Source: Lytechinus pictus (taxonomy: Eukaryota). From it: a stretch of 60,000 bases of DNA. A program made the position numbers and the translations under genes. The stretch's first letter is position 1, and every line of letters starts with the position of its first letter. Location of the stretch: NCBI RefSeq assembly GCF_037042905.1, contig NC_087245.1:20276001-20336000 (forward strand), in the 5' to 3' direction. Shown here piece after piece: positions 24,735 to 40,738 of the stretch. Under the pieces are notes generated by a model. The model was not told the DNA's origin. It saw nothing but the letters and a program-made list of their open reading frames with translations, and made no database searches.

Positions 24735-26153
24735 AAGATAATTTTATAAATGACATGGTTTAATAAAGAGGGGGGGGGCTATACTAAGATTGCAGCACAC
24801 AGCAGCCCCCCCCCCCCTCCCTCCTTAGCTGAGCACTATTAGATACCTTACCTTACTCTGTGCCCTTTTCTAAATACCTTCTTGAAGGTACCACTCTAGT
24901 TCTCTTCAGTAAAGTTTTTAAAGTTCTATCTCCTCTCTACCTACCCCCTTCCTAAGAACAATTTTAACATGAGCAATTTCTAAAGGTCTTTCTTATGCTA
25001 AGTAGGTGATGTACACTAACACAAAACAATGATAAATCAGAACATAAAGAGGCCTTGACTCTATACATTGACCAATCTACATACATTCCTAGGCTACACA
25101 GACCTACTATAACTTTACCTGATGTAGCTCTGCTAGCCATTAAATCCATTTTTTTGCACCACTAGATGACTAAACATATTGATATCAGTGAGAAATTGTT
25201 TGCTACTGAAGAGTTTGGCCAGGTATTCCATCCACTACTAGCTAGATTTCTCATATTACTTACAGGTGTCACGCGCGTAAAACATTCCCCATAGACTTGT
25301 GTGTTAAGATGGCACTTTTGAAAAATTCATAAAAAATAAATGTGAAATTAGAGGGTGGAATGTTTACTACCAATGGATAGGATATATATCTGACATTCCA
25401 AATCTGACCAGGAAAGGGTACCGTAGCCAGCTCATTTTAAAAATAAATCGCCATTTATGAAGATAACTATGAATCGATCGAATTCTTCAACTGAAACAGT
25501 AAAATAGCCCTAATTATTCCGCCAGTCAAAAAATAGTTCCAAGTCACTTATTTATCTTCCCAATTTGGGCGAAGTAAGTTCAGTAGTTACCATTTCTAGA
25601 ATCAGTGTTAGATTTTGAATCACATTCATACATTTTTGTCAATCAGCAATATCAAATTGACAAAAATTCGAATGGGTTGGGTCGAACGAATATCTTTAGC
25701 CCTCCTGATGTAATTAGGCTCGTGGAACCTATATTATATGACATATGTATTTTTTTTTTTTGAATAGCTACTTTGCTATTCTTTTATATCTGTACACTCA
25801 CACTAGCACAAAGAAATGCATTGAAAATGCCTATTTTCTATGCAATGACCCATTTTAATGTGTTACCCATACATGTTATTTTCACTATATATGGATGTAT
25901 ACAAATTCTACCTGCATAGAGCCCAACAGTGAATGCAATGACAATATAGGTCCCTGTCAATTGTAATATAAAGGTGTATGTAAATTCTGTGTAGATATCA
26001 GGATACCAGAACTGCCCCAAACATATATACATGAGATTGGATGAGGAAACAATAAAAGAATGAGATACTACTTTATTATATTTGCATTTGACCTATTCAA
26101 AATCTTCCTAGGGCTGTTGCCTCTCAAATGTAAGAAGGATAATATATACATAA

Positions 26154-26188
<35 letters not shown>

Positions 26189-27607
26189 AAGATAATTTTA
26201 TAAATGACATGGTTTAATAAAGAGGGGGGGGGGCTATACTAAGATTGCAGCACACAGCAGCCCCCCCCCCCTCCCTCCTTAGCTGAGCACTATTAGATAC
26301 CTTACCTTACTCTGTGCCCTTTTCTAAATACCTTCTTGAAGGTACCACTCTAGTTCTCTTCAGTAAAGTTTTTAAAGTTCTATCTCCTCTCTACCTACCC
26401 CCTTCCTAAGAACAATTTTAACATGAGCAATTTCTAAAGGTCTTTCTTATGCTAAGTAGGTGATGTACACTAACACAAAACAATGATAAATCAGAACATA
26501 AAGAGGCCTTGACTCTATACATTGACCAATCTACATACATTCCTAGGCTACACAGACCTACTATAACTTTACCTGATGTAGCTCTGCTAGCCATTAAATC
26601 CATTTTTTTGCACCACTAGATGACTAAACATATTGATATCAGTGAGAAATTGTTTGCTACTGAAGAGTTTGGCCAGGTATTCCATCCACTACTAGCTAGA
26701 TTTCTCATATTACTTACAGGTGTCACGCGCGTAAAACATTCCCCATAGACTTGTGTGTTAAGATGGCACTTTTGAAAAATTCATAAAAAATAAATGTGAA
26801 ATTAGAGGGTGGAATGTTTACTACCAATGGATAGGATATATATCTGACATTCCAAATCTGACCAGGAAAGGGTACCGTAGCCAGCTCATTTTAAAAATAA
26901 ATCGCCATTTATGAAGATAACTATGAATCGATCGAATTCTTCAACTGAAACAGTAAAATAGCCCTAATTATTCCGCCAGTCAAAAAATAGTTCCAAGTCA
27001 CTTATTTATCTTCCCAATTTGGGCGAAGTAAGTTCAGTAGTTACCATTTCTAGAATCAGTGTTAGATTTTGAATCACATTCATACATTTTTGTCAATCAG
27101 CAATATCAAATTGACAAAAATTCGAATGGGTTGGGTCGAACGAATATCTTTAGCCCTCCTGATGTAATTAGGCTCGTGGAACCTATATTATATGACATAT
27201 GTATTTTTTTTTTTTGAATAGCTACTTTGCTATTCTTTTATATCTGTACACTCACACTAGCACAAAGAAATGCATTGAAAATGCCTATTTTCTATGCAAT
27301 GACCCATTTTAATGTGTTACCCTTACATGTTATTTTCACTATATATGGATGTATACAAATTCTACCTGCATAGATCCCAACAGTGAATGCAATGACAATA
27401 TAGGTCCCTGTCAATTGTAATATAAAGGTGTATGTAAATTCTGTGTAGATATCAGGATACCAGAACTGCCCCAAACATATATACATGAGATTGGATGAGG
27501 AAACAATAAAAGAATGAGATACTACTTTATTATATTTGCATTTGACCTATTCAAAATCTTCCTAGGGCTGTTGCCTCTCAAATGTAAGAAGGATAATATA
27601 TACATAA

Positions 27608-27642
<35 letters not shown>

Positions 27643-29059
27643 AAGATAATTTTATAAATGACATGGTTTAATAAAGAGGGGGGGGGGCTATACTAAGATT
27701 GCAGCACACAGCAGCCCCCCCCCTCCCTCCTTAGCTGAGCACTATTAGATACCTTACCTTACTCTGTGCCCTTTTCTAAATACCTTCTTGAAGGTACCAC
27801 TCTAGTTCTCTTCAGTAAAGTTTTTAAAGTTCTATCTCCTCTCTACCTATCCCCTTCCTAAGAACAATTTTAACATGAGCAATTTCTAAAGGTCTTTCTT
27901 ATGCTAAGTAGGTGATGTACACTAACACAAAACAATGATAAATCAGAACATAAAGAGGCCTTGACTCTATACATTGACCAATCTACATACATTCCTAGGC
28001 TACACAGACCTACTATAACTTTACCTGATGTAGCTCTGCTAGCCATTAAATCCATTTTTTTGCACCACTAGATGACTAAACATATTGATATCAGTGAGAA
28101 ATTGTTTGCTACTGAAGAGTTTGGCCAGGTATTCCATCCACTACTAGCTAGATTTCTCATATTACTTACAGGTGTCACGCGCGTAAAACATTCCCCATAG
28201 ACTTGTGTGTTAAGATGGCACTTTTGAAAAATTCATAAAAAATAAATGTGAAATTAGAGGGTGGAATGTTTACTACCAATGGATAGGATATATATCTGAC
28301 ATTCCAAATCTGACCAGGAAAGGGTACCGTAGCCAGCTCATTTTAAAAATAAATCGCCATTTATGAAGATAACTATGAATCGATCGAATTCTTCAACTGA
28401 AACAGTAAAATAGCCCTAATTATTCCGCCAGTCAAAAAATAGTTCCAAGTCACTTATTTATCTTCCCAATTTGGGCGAAGTAAGTTCAGTAGTTACCATT
28501 TCTAGAATCAGTGTTAGATTTTGAATCACATTCATACATTTTTGTCAATCAGCAATATCAAATTGACAAAAATTCGAATGGGTTGGGTCGAACGAATATC
28601 TTTAGCCCTCCTGATGTAATTAGGCTCGTGGAACCTATATTATATGACATATGTATTTTTTTTTTTTGAATAGCTACTTTGCTATTCTTTTATATCTGTA
28701 CACTCACACTAGCACAAAGAAATGCATTGAAAATGCCTATTTTCTATGCAATGACCCATTTTAATGTGTTACCCATACATGTTATTTTCACTATATATGG
28801 ATGTATACAAATTCTACCTGCATAGAGCCCAACAGTGAATGCAATGACAATATAGGTCCCTGTCAATTGTAATATAAAGGTGTATGTAAATTCTGTGTAG
28901 ATATCAGGATACCAGAACTGCCCCAAACATATATACATGAGATTGGATGAGGAAACAATAAAAGAATGAGATACTACTTTATTATATTTGCATTTGACCT
29001 ATTCAAAATCTTCCTAGGGCTGTTGCCTCTCAAATGTAAGAAGGATAATATATACATAA

Positions 29060-29094
<35 letters not shown>

Positions 29095-30512
29095 AAGATA
29101 ATTTTATAAATGACATGGTTTAATAAAGAGGGGGGGGGGGCTATACTAAGATTGCAGCACACAGCAGCCCCCCCCCTCCCTCCTTAGCTGAGCACTATTA
29201 GATACCTTACCTTACTCTGTGCCCTTTTCTAAATACCTTCTTGAAGGTACCACTCTAGTTCTCTTCAGTAAAGTTTTTAAAGTTCTATCTCCTCTCTACC
29301 TACCCCCTTCCTAAGAACAATTTTAACATGAGCAATTTCTAAAGGTCTTTCTTATGCTAAGTAGGTGATGTACACTAACACAAAACAATGATAAATCAGA
29401 ACATAAAGAGGCCTTGACTCTATACATTGACCAATCTACATACATTCCTAGGCTACACAGACCTACTATAACTTTACCTGATGTAGCTCTGCTAGCCATT
29501 AAATCCATTTTTTTGCACCACTAGATGACTAAACATATTGATATCAGTGAGAAATTGTTTGCTACTGAAGAGTTTGGCCAGGTATTCCATCCACTACTAG
29601 CTAGATTTCTCATATTACTTACAGGTGTCACGCGCGTAAAACATTCCCCATAGACTTGTGTGTTAAGATGGCACTTTTGAAAAATTCATAAAAAATAAAT
29701 GTGAAATTAGAGGGTGGAATGTTTACTACCAATGGATAGGATATATATCTGACATTCCAAATCTGACCAGGAAAGGGTACCGTAGCCAGCTCATTTTAAA
29801 AATAAATCGCCATTTATGAAGATAACTATGAATCGATCGAATTCTTCAACTGAAACAGTAAAATAGCCCTAATTATTCCGCCAGTCAAAAAATAGTTCCA
29901 AGTCACTTATTTATCTTCCCAATTTGGGCGAAGTAAGTTCAGTAGTTACCATTTCTAGAATCAGTGTTAGATTTTGAATCACATTCATACATTTTTGTCA
30001 ATCAGCAATATCAAATTGACAAAAATTCGAATGGGTTGGGTCGAACGAATATCTTTAGCCCTCCTGATGTAATTAGGCTCGTGGAACCTATATTATATGA
30101 CATATGTATTTTTTTTTTTTGAATAGCTACTTTGCTATTCTTTTATATCTGTACACTCACACTAGCACAAAGAAATGCATTGAAAATGCCTATTTTCTAT
30201 GCAATGACCCATTTTAATGTGTTACCCATACATGTTATTTTCACTATATATGGATGTATACAAATTCTACCTGCATAGAGCCCAACAGTGAATGCAATGA
30301 CAATATAGGTCCCTGTCAATTGTAATATAAAGGTGTATGTAAATTCTGTGTAGATATCAGGATACCAGAACTGCCCCAAACATATATACATGAGATTGGA
30401 TGAGGAAACAATAAAAGAATGAGATACTACTTTATTATATTTGCATTTGACCTATTCAAAATCTTCCTAGGGCTGTTGCCTCTCAAATGTAAGAAGGATA
30501 ATATATACATAA

Positions 30513-30547
<35 letters not shown>

Positions 30548-31964
30548 AAGATAATTTTATAAATGACATGGTTTAATAAAGAGGGGGGGGGCTATACTAA
30601 GATTGCAGCACACAGCAGCCCCCCCCCCTCCCTCCTTAGCTGAGCACTATTAGATACCTTACCTTACTCTGTGCCCTTTTCTAAATACCTTCTTGAAGGT
30701 ACCACTCTAGTTCTCTTCAGTAAAGTTTTTAAAGTTCTATCTCCTCTCTACCTACCCCCTTCCTAAGAACAATTTTAACATGAGCAATTTCTAAAGGTCT
30801 TTCTTATGCTAAGTAGGTGATGTACACTAACACAAAACAATGATAAATCAGAACATAAAGAGGCCTTGACTCTATACATTGACCAATCTACATACATTCC
30901 TAGGCTACACAGACCTACTATAACTTTACCTGATGTAGCTCTGCTAGCCATTAAATCCATTTTTTTGCACCACTAGATGACTAAACATATTGATATCAGT
31001 GAGAAATTGTTTGCTACTGAAGAGTTTGGCCAGGTATTCCATCCACTACTAGCTAGATTTCTCATATTACTTACAGGTGTCACGCGCGTAAAACATTCCC
31101 CATAGACTTGTGTGTTAAGATGGCACTTTTGAAAAATTCATAAAAAATAAATGTGAAATTAGAGGGTGGAATGTTTACTACCAATGGATAGGATATATAT
31201 CTGACATTCCAAATCTGACCAGGAAAGGGTACCGTAGCCAGCTCATTTTAAAAATAAATCGCCATTTATGAAGATAACTATGAATCGATCGAATTCTTCA
31301 ACTGAAACAGTAAAATAGCCCTAATTATTCCGCCAGTCAAAAAATAGTTCCAAGTCACTTATTTATCTTCCCAATTTGGGCGAAGTAAGTTCAGTAGTTA
31401 CCATTTCTAGAATCAGTGTTAGATTTTGAATCACATTCATACATTTTTGTCAATCAGCAATATCAAATTGACAAAAATTCGAATGGGTTGGGTCGAACGA
31501 ATATCTTTAGCCCTCCTGATGTAATTAGGCTCGTGGAACCTATATTATATGACATATGTATTTTTTTTTTTTGAATAGCTACTTTGCTATTCTTTTATAT
31601 CTGTACACTCACACTAGCACAAAGAAATGCATTGAAAATGCCTATTTTCTATGCAATGACCCATTTTAATGTGTTACCCTTACATGTTATTTTCACTATA
31701 TATGGATGTATACAAATTCTACCTGCATAGAGCCCAACAGTGAATGCAATGACAATATAGGTCCCTGTCAATTGTAATATAAAGGTGTATGTAAATTCTG
31801 TGTAGATATCAGGATACCAGAACTGCCCCAAACATATATACATGAGATTGGATGAGGAAACAATAAAAGAATGAGATACTACTTTATTATATTTGCATTT
31901 GACCTATTCAAAATCTTCCTAGGGCTGTTGCCTCTCAAATGTAAGAAGGATAATATATACATAA

Positions 31965-31999
<35 letters not shown>

Positions 32000-33420
32000 A
32001 AGATAATTTTATAAATGACATGGTTTAATAAAGAGGGGGGGGGGGCTATACTAAGATTGCAGCACACAGCAGCCCCCCCCCCCCTCCCTCCTTAGCTGAG
32101 CACTATTAGATACCTTACCTTACTCTGTGCCCTTTTCTAAATACCTTCTTGAAGGTACCACTCTAGTTCTCTTCAGTAAAGTTTTTAAAGTTCTATCTCC
32201 TCTCTACCTATCCCCTTCCTAAGAACAATTTTAACATGAGCAATTTCTAAAGGTCTTTCTTATGCTAAGTAGGTGATGTACACTAACACAAAACAATGAT
32301 AAATCAGAACATAAAGAGGCCTTGACTCTATACATTGACCAATCTACATACATTCCTAGGCTACACAGACCTACTATAACTTTACCTGATGTAGCTCTGC
32401 TAGCCATTAAATCCATTTTTTTGCACCACTAGATGACTAAACATATTGATATCAGTGAGAAATTGTTTGCTACTGAAGAGTTTGGCCAGGTATTCCATCC
32501 ACTACTAGCTAGATTTCTCATATTACTTACAGGTGTCACGCGCGTAAAACATTCCCCATAGACTTGTGTGTTAAGATGGCACTTTTGAAAAATTCATAAA
32601 AAATAAATGTGAAATTAGAGGGTGGAATGTTTACTACCAATGGATAGGATATATATCTGACATTCCAAATCTGACCAGGAAAGGGTACCGTAGCCAGCTC
32701 ATTTTAAAAATAAATCGCCATTTATGAAGATAACTATGAATCGATCGAATTCTTCAACTGAAACAGTAAAATAGCCCTAATTATTCCGCCAGTCAAAAAA
32801 TAGTTCCAAGTCACTTATTTATCTTCCCAATTTGGGCGAAGTAAGTTCAGTAGTTACCATTTCTAGAATCAGTGTTAGATTTTGAATCACATTCATACAT
32901 TTTTGTCAATCAGCAATATCAAATTGACAAAAATTCGAATGGGTTGGGTCGAACGAATATCTTTAGCCCTCCTGATGTAATTAGGCTCGTGGAACCTATA
33001 TTATATGACATATGTATTTTTTTTTTTTGAATAGCTACTTTGCTATTCTTTTATATCTGTACACTCACACTAGCACAAAGAAATGCATTGAAAATGCCTA
33101 TTTTCTATGCAATGACCCATTTTAATGTGTTACCCATACATGTTATTTTCACTATATATGGATGTATACAAATTCTACCTGCATAGAGCCCAACAGTGAA
33201 TGCAATGACAATATAGGTCCCTGTCAATTGTAATATAAAGGTGTATGTAAATTCTGTGTAGATATCAGGATACCAGAACTGCCCCAAACATATATACATG
33301 AGATTGGATGAGGAAACAATAAAAGAATGAGATACTACTTTATTATATTTGCATTTGACCTATTCAAAATCTTCCTAGGGCTGTTGCCTCTCAAATGTAA
33401 GAAGGATAATATATACATAA

Positions 33421-33455
<35 letters not shown>

Positions 33456-34875
33456 AAGATAATTTTATAAATGACATGGTTTAATAAAGAGGGGGGGGGG
33501 GGGCTATACTAAGATTGCAGCACACAGCAGCCCCCCCCCTCCCTCCTTAGCTGAGCACTATTAGATACCTTACCTTACTCTGTGCCCTTTTCTAAATACC
33601 TTCTTGAAGGTACCACTCTAGTTCTCTTCAGTAAAGTTTTTAAAGTTCTATCTCCTCTCTACCTACCCCCTTCCTAAGAACAATTTTAACATGAGCAATT
33701 TCTAAAGGTCTTTCTTATGCTAAGTAGGTGATGTACACTAACACAAAACAATGATAAATCAGAACATAAAGAGGCCTTGACTCTATACATTGACCAATCT
33801 ACATACATTCCTAGGCTACACAGACCTACTATAACTTTACCTGATGTAGCTCTGCTAGCCATTAAATCCATTTTTTTGCACCACTAGATGACTAAACATA
33901 TTGATATCAGTGAGAAATTGTTTGCTACTGAAGAGTTTGGCCAGGTATTCCATCCACTACTAGCTAGATTTCTCATATTACTTACAGGTGTCACGCGCGT
34001 AAAACATTCCCCATAGACTTGTGTGTTAAGATGGCACTTTTGAAAAATTCATAAAAAATAAATGTGAAATTAGAGGGTGGAATGTTTACTACCAATGGAT
34101 AGGATATATATCTGACATTCCAAATCTGACCAGGAAAGGGTACCGTAGCCAGCTCATTTTAAAAATAAATCGCCATTTATGAAGATAACTATGAATCGAT
34201 CGAATTCTTCAACTGAAACAGTAAAATAGCCCTAATTATTCCGCCAGTCAAAAAATAGTTCCAAGTCACTTATTTATCTTCCCAATTTGGGCGAAGTAAG
34301 TTCAGTAGTTACCATTTCTAGAATCAGTGTTAGATTTTGAATCATATTCATACATTTTTGTCAATCAGCAATATCAAATTGACAAAAATTCGAATGGGTT
34401 GGGTCGAACGAATATCTTTAGCCCTCCTGATGTAATTAGGCTCGTGGAACCTATATTATATGACATATGTATTTTTTTTTTTTGAATAGCTACTTTGCTA
34501 TTCTTTTATATCTGTACACTCACACTAGCACAAAGAAATGCATTGAAAATGCCTATTTTCTATGCAATGACCCATTTTAATGTGTTACCCATACATGTTA
34601 TTTTCACTATATATGGATGTATACAAATTCTACCTGCATAGAGCCCAACAGTGAATGCAATGACAATATAGGTCCCTGTCAATTGTAATATAAAGGTGTA
34701 TGTAAATTCTGTGTAGATATCAGGATACCAGAACTGCCCCAAACATATATACATGAGATTGGATGAGGAAACAATAAAAGAATGAGATACTACTTTATTA
34801 TATTTGCATTTGACCTATTCAAAATCTTCCTAGGGCTGTTGCCTCTCAAATGTAAGAAGGATAATATATACATAA

Positions 34876-34910
<35 letters not shown>

Positions 34911-36333
34911 AAGATAATTTTATAAATGACATGGTTTAATAAAGAGGGGGGGGGGGGGGGCTATACTAAGATTGCAGCACACAGCAGCCCCCCCCCCTCC
35001 CTCCTTAGCTGAGCACTATTAGATACCTTACCTTACTCTGTGCCCTTTTCTAAATACCTTCTTGAAGGTACCACTCTAGTTCTCTTCAGTAAAGTTTTTA
35101 AAGTTCTATCTCCTCTCTACCTACCCCCTTCCTAAGAACAATTTTAACATGAGCAATTTCTAAAGGTCTTTCTTATGCTAAGTAGGTGATGTACACTAAC
35201 ACAAAACAATGATAAATCAGAACATAAAGAGGCCTTGACTCTATACATTGACCAATCTACATACATTCCTAGGCTACACAGACCTACTATAACTTTACCT
35301 GATGTAGCTCTGCTAGCCATTAAATCCATTTTTTTGCACCACTAGATGACTAAACATATTGATATCAGTGAGAAATTGTTTGCTACTGAAGAGTTTGGCC
35401 AGGTATTCCATCCACTACTAGCTAGATTTCTCATATTACTTACAGGTGTCACGCGCGTAAAACATTCCCCATAGACTTGTGTGTTAAGATGGCACTTTTG
35501 AAAAATTCATAAAAAATAAATGTGAAATTAGAGGGTGGAATGTTTACTACCAATGGATAGGATATATATCTGACATTCCAAATCTGACCAGGAAAGGGTA
35601 CCGTAGCCAGCTCATTTTAAAAATAAATCGCCATTTATGAAGATAACTATGAATCGATCGAATTCTTCAACTGAAACAGTAAAATAGCCCTAATTATTCC
35701 GCCAGTCAAAAAATAGTTCCAAGTCACTTATTTATCTTCCCAATTTGGGCGAAGTAAGTTCAGTAGTTACCATTTCTAGAATCAGTGTTAGATTTTGAAT
35801 CACATTCATACATTTTTGTCAATCAGCAATATCAAATTGACAAAAATTCGAATGGGTTGGGTCGAACGAATATCTTTAGCCCTCCTGATGTAATTAGGCT
35901 CGTGGAACCTATATTATATGACATATGTATTTTTTTTTTTTGAATAGCTACTTTGCTATTCTTTTATATCTGTACACTCACACTAGCACAAAGAAATGCA
36001 TTGAAAATGCCTATTTTCTATGCAATGACCCATTTTAATGTGTTACCCATACATGTTATTTTCACTATATATGGATGTATACAAATTCTACCTGCATAGA
36101 GCCCAACAGTGAATGCAATGACAATATAGGTCCCTGTCAATTGTAATATAAAGGTGTATGTAAATTCTGTGTAGATATCAGGATACCAGAACTGCCCCAA
36201 ACATATATACATGAGATTGGATGAGGAAACAATAAAAGAATGAGATACTACTTTATTATATTTGCATTTGACCTATTCAAAATCTTCCTAGGGCTGTTGC
36301 CTCTCAAATGTAAGAAGGATAATATATACATAA

Positions 36334-36368
<35 letters not shown>

Positions 36369-37788
36369 AAGATAATTTTATAAATGACATGGTTTAATAA
36401 AGAGGGGGGGGGGGGCTATACTAAGATTGCAGCACACAGCAGCCCCCCCCCCTCCCTCCTTAGCTGAGCACTATTAGATACCTTACCTTACTCTGTGCCC
36501 TTTTCTAAATACCTTCTTGAAGGTACCACTCTAGTTCTCTTCAGTAAAGTTTTTAAAGTTCTATCTCCTCTCTACCTACCCCCTTCCTAAGAACAATTTT
36601 AACATGAGCAATTTCTAAAGGTCTTTCTTATGCTAAGTAGGTGATGTACACTAACACAAAACAATGATAAATCAGAACATAAAGAGGCCTTGACTCTATA
36701 CATTGACCAATCTACATACATTCCTAGGCTACACAGACCTACTATAACTTTACCTGATGTAGCTCTGCTAGCCATTAAATCCATTTTTTTGCACCACTAG
36801 ATGACTAAACATATTGATATCAGTGAGAAATTGTTTGCTACTGAAGAGTTTGGCCAGGTATTCCATCCACTACTAGCTAGATTTCTCATATTACTTACAG
36901 GTGTCACGCGCGTAAAACATTCCCCATAGACTTGTGTGTTAAGATGGCACTTTTGAAAAATTCATAAAAAATAAATGTGAAATTAGAGGGTGGAATGTTT
37001 ACTACCAATGGATAGGATATATATCTGACATTCCAAATCTGACCAGGAAAGGGTACCGTAGCCAGCTCATTTTAAAAATAAATCGCCATTTATGAAGATA
37101 ACTATGAATCGATCGAATTCTTCAACTGAAACAGTAAAATAGCCCTAATTATTCCGCCAGTCAAAAAATAGTTCCAAGTCACTTATTTATCTTCCCAATT
37201 TGGGCGAAGTAAGTTCAGTAGTTACCATTTCTAGAATCAGTGTTAGATTTTGAATCACATTCATACATTTTTGTCAATCAGCAATATCAAATTGACAAAA
37301 ATTCGAATGGGTTGGGTCGAACGAATATCTTTAGCCCTCCTGATGTAATTAGGCTCGTGGAACCTATATTATATGACATATGTATTTTTTTTTTTTGAAT
37401 AGCTACTTTGCTATTCTTTTATATCTGTACACTCACACTAGCACAAAGAAATGCATTGAAAATGCCTATTTTCTATGCAATGACCCATTTTAATGTGTTA
37501 CCCTTACATGTTATTTTCACTATATATGGATGTATACAAATTCTACCTGCATAGAGCCCAACAGTGAATGCAATGACAATATAGGTCCCTGTCAATTGTA
37601 ATATAAAGGTGTATGTAAATTCTGTGTAGATATCAGGATACCAGAACTGCCCCAAACATATATACATGAGATTGGATGAGGAAACAATAAAAGAATGAGA
37701 TACTACTTTATTATATTTGCATTTGACCTATTCAAAATCTTCCTAGGGCTGTTGCCTCTCAAATGTAAGAAGGATAATATATACATAA

Positions 37789-37823
<35 letters not shown>

Positions 37824-39245
37824 AAGATAATTTTATAAATGACATGGTTTAATAAAGAGGGGGGGGGGGGCTATACTAAGATTGCAGCACACAGCAGCCC
37901 CCCCCCCCCTCCCTCCTTAGCTGAGCACTATTAGATACCTTACCTTACTCTGTGCCCTTTTCTAAATACCTTCTTGAAGGTACCACTCTAGTTCTCTTCA
38001 GTAAAGTTTTTAAAGTTCTATCTCCTCTCTACCTATCCCCTTCCTAAGAACAATTTTAACATGAGCAATTTCTAAAGGTCTTTCTTATGCTAAGTAGGTG
38101 ATGTACACTAACACAAAACAATGATAAATCAGAACATAAAGAGGCCTTGACTCTATACATTGACCAATCTACATACATTCCTAGGCTACACAGACCTACT
38201 ATAACTTTACCTGATGTAGCTCTGCTAGCCATTAAATCCATTTTTTTGCACCACTAGATGACTAAACATATTGATATCAGTGAGAAATTGTTTGCTACTG
38301 AAGAGTTTGGCCAGGTATTCCATCCACTACTAGCTAGATTTCTCATATTACTTACAGGTGTCACGCGCGTAAAACATTCCCCATAGACTTGTGTGTTAAG
38401 ATGGCACTTTTGAAAAATTCATAAAAAATAAATGTGAAATTAGAGGGTGGAATGTTTACTACCAATGGATAGGATATATATCTGACATTCCAAATCTGAC
38501 CAGGAAAGGGTACCGTAGCCAGCTCATTTTAAAAATAAATCGCCATTTATGAAGATAACTATGAATCGATCGAATTCTTCAACTGAAACAGTAAAATAGC
38601 CCTAATTATTCCGCCAGTCAAAAAATAGTTCCAAGTCACTTATTTATCTTCCCAATTTGGGCGAAGTAAGTTCAGTAGTTACCATTTCTAGAATCAGTGT
38701 TAGATTTTGAATCACATTCATACATTTTTGTCAATCAGCAATATCAAATTGACAAAAATTCGAATGGGTTGGGTCGAACGAATATCTTTAGCCCTCCTGA
38801 TGTAATTAGGCTCGTGGAACCTATATTATATGACATATGTATTTTTTTTTTTTGAATAGCTACTTTGCTATTCTTTTATATCTGTACACTCACACTAGCA
38901 CAAAGAAATGCATTGAAAATGCCTATTTTCTATGCAATGACCCATTTTAATGTGTTACCCTTACATGTTATTTTCACTATATATGGATGTATACAAATTC
39001 TACCTGCATAGAGCCCAACAGTGAATGCAATGACAATATAGGTCCCTGTCAATTGTAATATAAAGGTGTATGTAAATTCTGTGTAGATATCAGGATACCA
39101 GAACTGCCCCAAACATATATACATGAGATTGGATGAGGAAACAATAAAAGAATGAGATACTACTTTATTATATTTGCATTTGACCTATTCAAAATCTTCC
39201 TAGGGCTGTTGCCTCTCAAATGTAAGAAGGATAATATATACATAA

Positions 39246-39280
<35 letters not shown>

Positions 39281-40703
39281 AAGATAATTTTATAAATGAC
39301 ATGGTTTAATAAAGAGGGGGGGGGGGGCTATACTAAGATTGCAGCACACAGCAGCCCCCCCCCCCCCTCCCTCCTTAGCTGAGCACTATTAGATACCTTA
39401 CCTTACTCTGTGCCCTTTTCTAAATACCTTCTTGAAGGTACCACTCTAGTTCTCTTCAGTAAAGTTTTTAAAGTTCTATCTCCTCTCTACCTATCCCCTT
39501 CCTAAGAACAATTTTAACATGAGCAATTTCTAAAGGTCTTTCTTATGCTAAGTAGGTGATGTACACTAACACAAAACAATGATAAATCAGAACATAAAGA
39601 GGCCTTGACTCTATACATTGACCAATCTACATACATTCCTAGGCTACACAGACCTACTATAACTTTACCTGATGTAGCTCTGCTAGCCATTAAATCCATT
39701 TTTTTGCACCACTAGATGACTAAACATATTGATATCAGTGAGAAATTGTTTGCTACTGAAGAGTTTGGCCAGGTATTCCATCCACTACTAGCTAGATTTC
39801 TCATATTACTTACAGGTGTCACGCGCGTAAAACATTCCCCATAGACTTGTGTGTTAAGATGGCACTTTTGAAAAATTCATAAAAAATAAATGTGAAATTA
39901 GAGGGTGGAATGTTTACTACCAATGGATAGGATATATATCTGACATTCCAAATCTGACCAGGAAAGGGTACCGTAGCCAGCTCATTTTAAAAATAAATCG
40001 CCATTTATGAAGATAACTATGAATCGATCGAATTCTTCAACTGAAACAGTAAAATAGCCCTAATTATTCCGCCAGTCAAAAAATAGTTCCAAGTCACTTA
40101 TTTATCTTCCCAATTTGGGCGAAGTAAGTTCAGTAGTTACCATTTCTAGAATCAGTGTTAGATTTTGAATCACATTCATACATTTTTGTCAATCAGCAAT
40201 ATCAAATTGACAAAAATTCGAATGGGTTGGGTCGAACGAATATCTTTAGCCCTCCTGATGTAATTAGGCTCGTGGAACCTATATTATATGACATATGTAT
40301 TTTTTTTTTTTGAATAGCTACTTTGCTATTCTTTTATATCTGTACACTCACACTAGCACAAAGAAATGCATTGAAAATGCCTATTTTCTATGCAATGACC
40401 CATTTTAATGTGTTACCCATACATGTTATTTTCACTATATATGGATGTATACAAATTCTACCTGCATAGAGCCCAACAGTGAATGCAATGACAATATAGG
40501 TCCCTGTCAATTGTAATATAAAGGTGTATGTAAATTCTGTGTAGATATCAGGATACCAGAACTGCCCCAAACATATATACATGAGATTGGATGAGGAAAC
40601 AATAAAAGAATGAGATACTACTTTATTATATTTGCATTTGACCTATTCAAAATCTTCCTAGGGCTGTTGCCTCTCAAATGTAAGAAGGATAATATATACA
40701 TAA

Positions 40704-40738
<35 letters not shown>

